DNA from: Balanoglossus misakiensis
Taxonomy: Eukaryota; Animalia; Hemichordata
NCBI GenBank assembly: GCA_040954595.2
Contig: CM082586.2
Span: forward strand, 8,897,337-8,961,336
Direction: 5' to 3'
Length of the DNA stretch: 64,000 nucleotides
Shown: piece by piece, positions 61,941 to 64,000 of the stretch
Layout of the letters: each line of letters starts with the position of its first letter
Position numbering within the stretch: position 1 is the stretch's first letter
Translations under genes and position numbers: made by a program
Notes under the pieces: model-generated
Seen by the model: only the letters and a program-made list of their open reading frames with translations
Told to the model about the DNA's origin: nothing
Database searches by the model: none

Positions 61941-63675
61941 GCAGCGTAGATATTGAAGTGAATTGGATTTATGAAAATGATAAGTAAAAAGAAAGTGGTC
62001 TCGAACCAACATCAGTCGACAACTTCAGGTAAAAGGCTAGCCTCCCTGAACCTTTCGCCATCATGATGTGTACTCGAAAAAGTCGGAAATTTTCCGCACT
62101 ATATTGCAGCATAACTCCAATGGACTTATTTGCACCGCAGCGGTGCGAATAAGATTTCCCTCCCCAACAACGATCTGACCGTTCTTTATTTACTCCTCAG
62201 CAACAGAAAACGTTTTATTACGGCCTAAATAACGACTTTTTCGCTCCTTGGATGGTCATGCGGACGGAAAGACACGGTTTAGCGAGTTTATCTTTCTCTC
62301 TGCTGAGCACTCCGTTATTCAGACTTGCCCAAGTGAACCGCGACAAAAATTGCCAAGTTTCTCTGCATGTTTGTTATACCAGACAGATAAAAAACGCAGC
62401 GTAGATATTGAAATGAATTGGATTTATGAAAATGATAAAAATTACAATGAAAATGTCGTTAAAAGTTCTCACAAAAAAGAAATAGAAAAAGAAATTGGTC
62501 TCGAACCAACATCAGTCGACACCTTCAGGTAAAAGGCTAGCCTTCCTGAACCTTTCCCCATCACGATGTGGACTCGAAAAAGTCGGACATTTTCCGCACT
62601 ATATTGCAGCATAACTCCAATGATCTTATTTGCACCGCAGCGGTTCAAATAAGAGTTCACTGCACCGCAGCGGTGCAAATAAGAGTTCACTGCATCGCAG
62701 CGGTGCGAATAAGATTTCCCTCTCCAACAACGACCTGACCGTTCTTTATTCACTCCTCGGCGACAAAAACGTTTTTTACGGCCTAAATTACGACTTTTTC
62801 GCTCCTTGGTTGGTCATGCGGACGGAAAGACACGGTTTTAGCGAGTTTATCTTTCTCTCTTCTGAGGACTCCGTATTCAGACTTGCCCAAGTGAACCGCA
62901 ACAAAAAATGACCAAGTTTCCCTGCATGTTTCTTATACCCGACATATAAAAAACTCAGCGTAGATATTGAAATGAATTGGATTGATGAAAATGATAAAAA
63001 TTACAATGGCAATGTCGTTAAAAGTTCTCTAAAAAAATAGAAAAAAAGTGGTCTCGAACCAACATCAGTTGACACGTTCAGGTAAAAGGCTAGCCTTCCT
63101 GAACCCTTCGCCATCACGATGTGTACTCGAAAAAGTCGGAATTTTTCCGCACTATATTGCAGCATAACTCCAATGATCTTATTTGCACCGCAGCGGGCAA
63201 TACGAGTTCCCTGCACCGCAGCGGTGCGAAGAAGAGTTCCCTACCCCGCAACGATCTGACCGTTCTTTATTCACTCCTCGGGGACAAAAACGTTTTATTA
63301 CGGCCTAAATAACGACGTTTTCGCTCCTTAGTTGGTCATGCGGACGGAAAGACACGGTTTTAGCGAGTTTATCTTTCTCTCTGCTGAGCACTCCGTATTC
63401 AGACATGCCCAAGTGAACCGCGACAAAAAAATGACCAAGTTTCCCTGCATGTTTCTTATACCCGACAGATAAAACACGCAACGTAGATATTGAAATGAAT
63501 TGGATTTATGAAAGTGATAAAAATTACAATGGTAATGTCGTTAAAAGTTCTCAAAAAAAAAAAAAAATAGAAAAAAGTGGTCTCGAACCAACATCAGTTG
63601 ACACCTTCAGGTAAAAGGTTAGCCTTCCTGAACCCTTCGCCATCACGATGTGTACTCGAAAAGTCGGAAATTTCA
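61934..63675. repeat. Tandem repeat of ~455-560 bp (3 units + partial) with variable 30-bp hairpin sub-repeat
   Basis: gtagatattgaa at 61946, 62401, 62960, 63483; tgcaccgcagcggtgc(a/g)aataag present 1x, 3x, 2x. Confidence 0.92.
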
Positions 63676-64000
63676 CCTCAGTCGATTACATCATTAATAA
63701 AAACGCCTACATAATATTGCTCTCTGTGAAGTATTTAAGAAAAACAGGAAAAACAAATCCTGAGTTAATTATGTTTCTGTTGTTTTTACTAAATAATGAA
63801 AATAATAATAATTATTATTTCTTATATAGCGCTTAACATAATGGACTAAAATCTCAATGCGCTTTACTACATGATGAAAAGTACACTAAAAATACAAGCT
63901 AAAAATTCGACATAAAAACGCTAAAAAGGTATATAAAAGTTGTACAAAGTGTAAAAGAATTAGTGTATATATGCTTTCATAAAAAGATGGGTTTTAAGTA

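Overview
Repeat-dense eukaryotic (animal, probably marine invertebrate; species not determinable from sequence) genomic DNA with no ordinary host protein-coding gene. From left to right: (1) the 5' two-thirds of a BEL/Pao LTR retrotransposon on the minus strand (5' LTR 3645-3852, tRNA-His-type PBS, gag-PR-RT-RNaseH with one frameshift, running off the window start); (2) several MITEs/palindromic elements and a 1641-bp tandem duplication; (3) a 10-29 kb zone of local duplications carrying a series of paralogous 73-102 nt mini-exons with strong splice signals but no conserved frame, with many non-autonomous Helentron (HINE/DINE-like) pieces, a P-like and a hAT-like MITE; (4) an 11-kb 90-bp satellite with nested higher-order repeats; (5) a ~20-kb, apparently full-length but decayed Helentron (Helitron2) on the minus strand (about 41899-61933) with matching sub-terminal inverted repeats, encoding OTU-ZnF-Rep(HUH)-Pif1 helicase-AP endonuclease plus a separate intron-containing OB-fold (RPA/SSB-like) gene that is invisible in the ORF track; (6) a ~0.5-kb tandem repeat. 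The most notable points are the spliced OB-fold cargo gene inside the Helentron, the fact that the Helentron's two ends cut two unrelated tandem arrays, and the repeated mini-exon transcript. All calls are by eye; no database searches were run.
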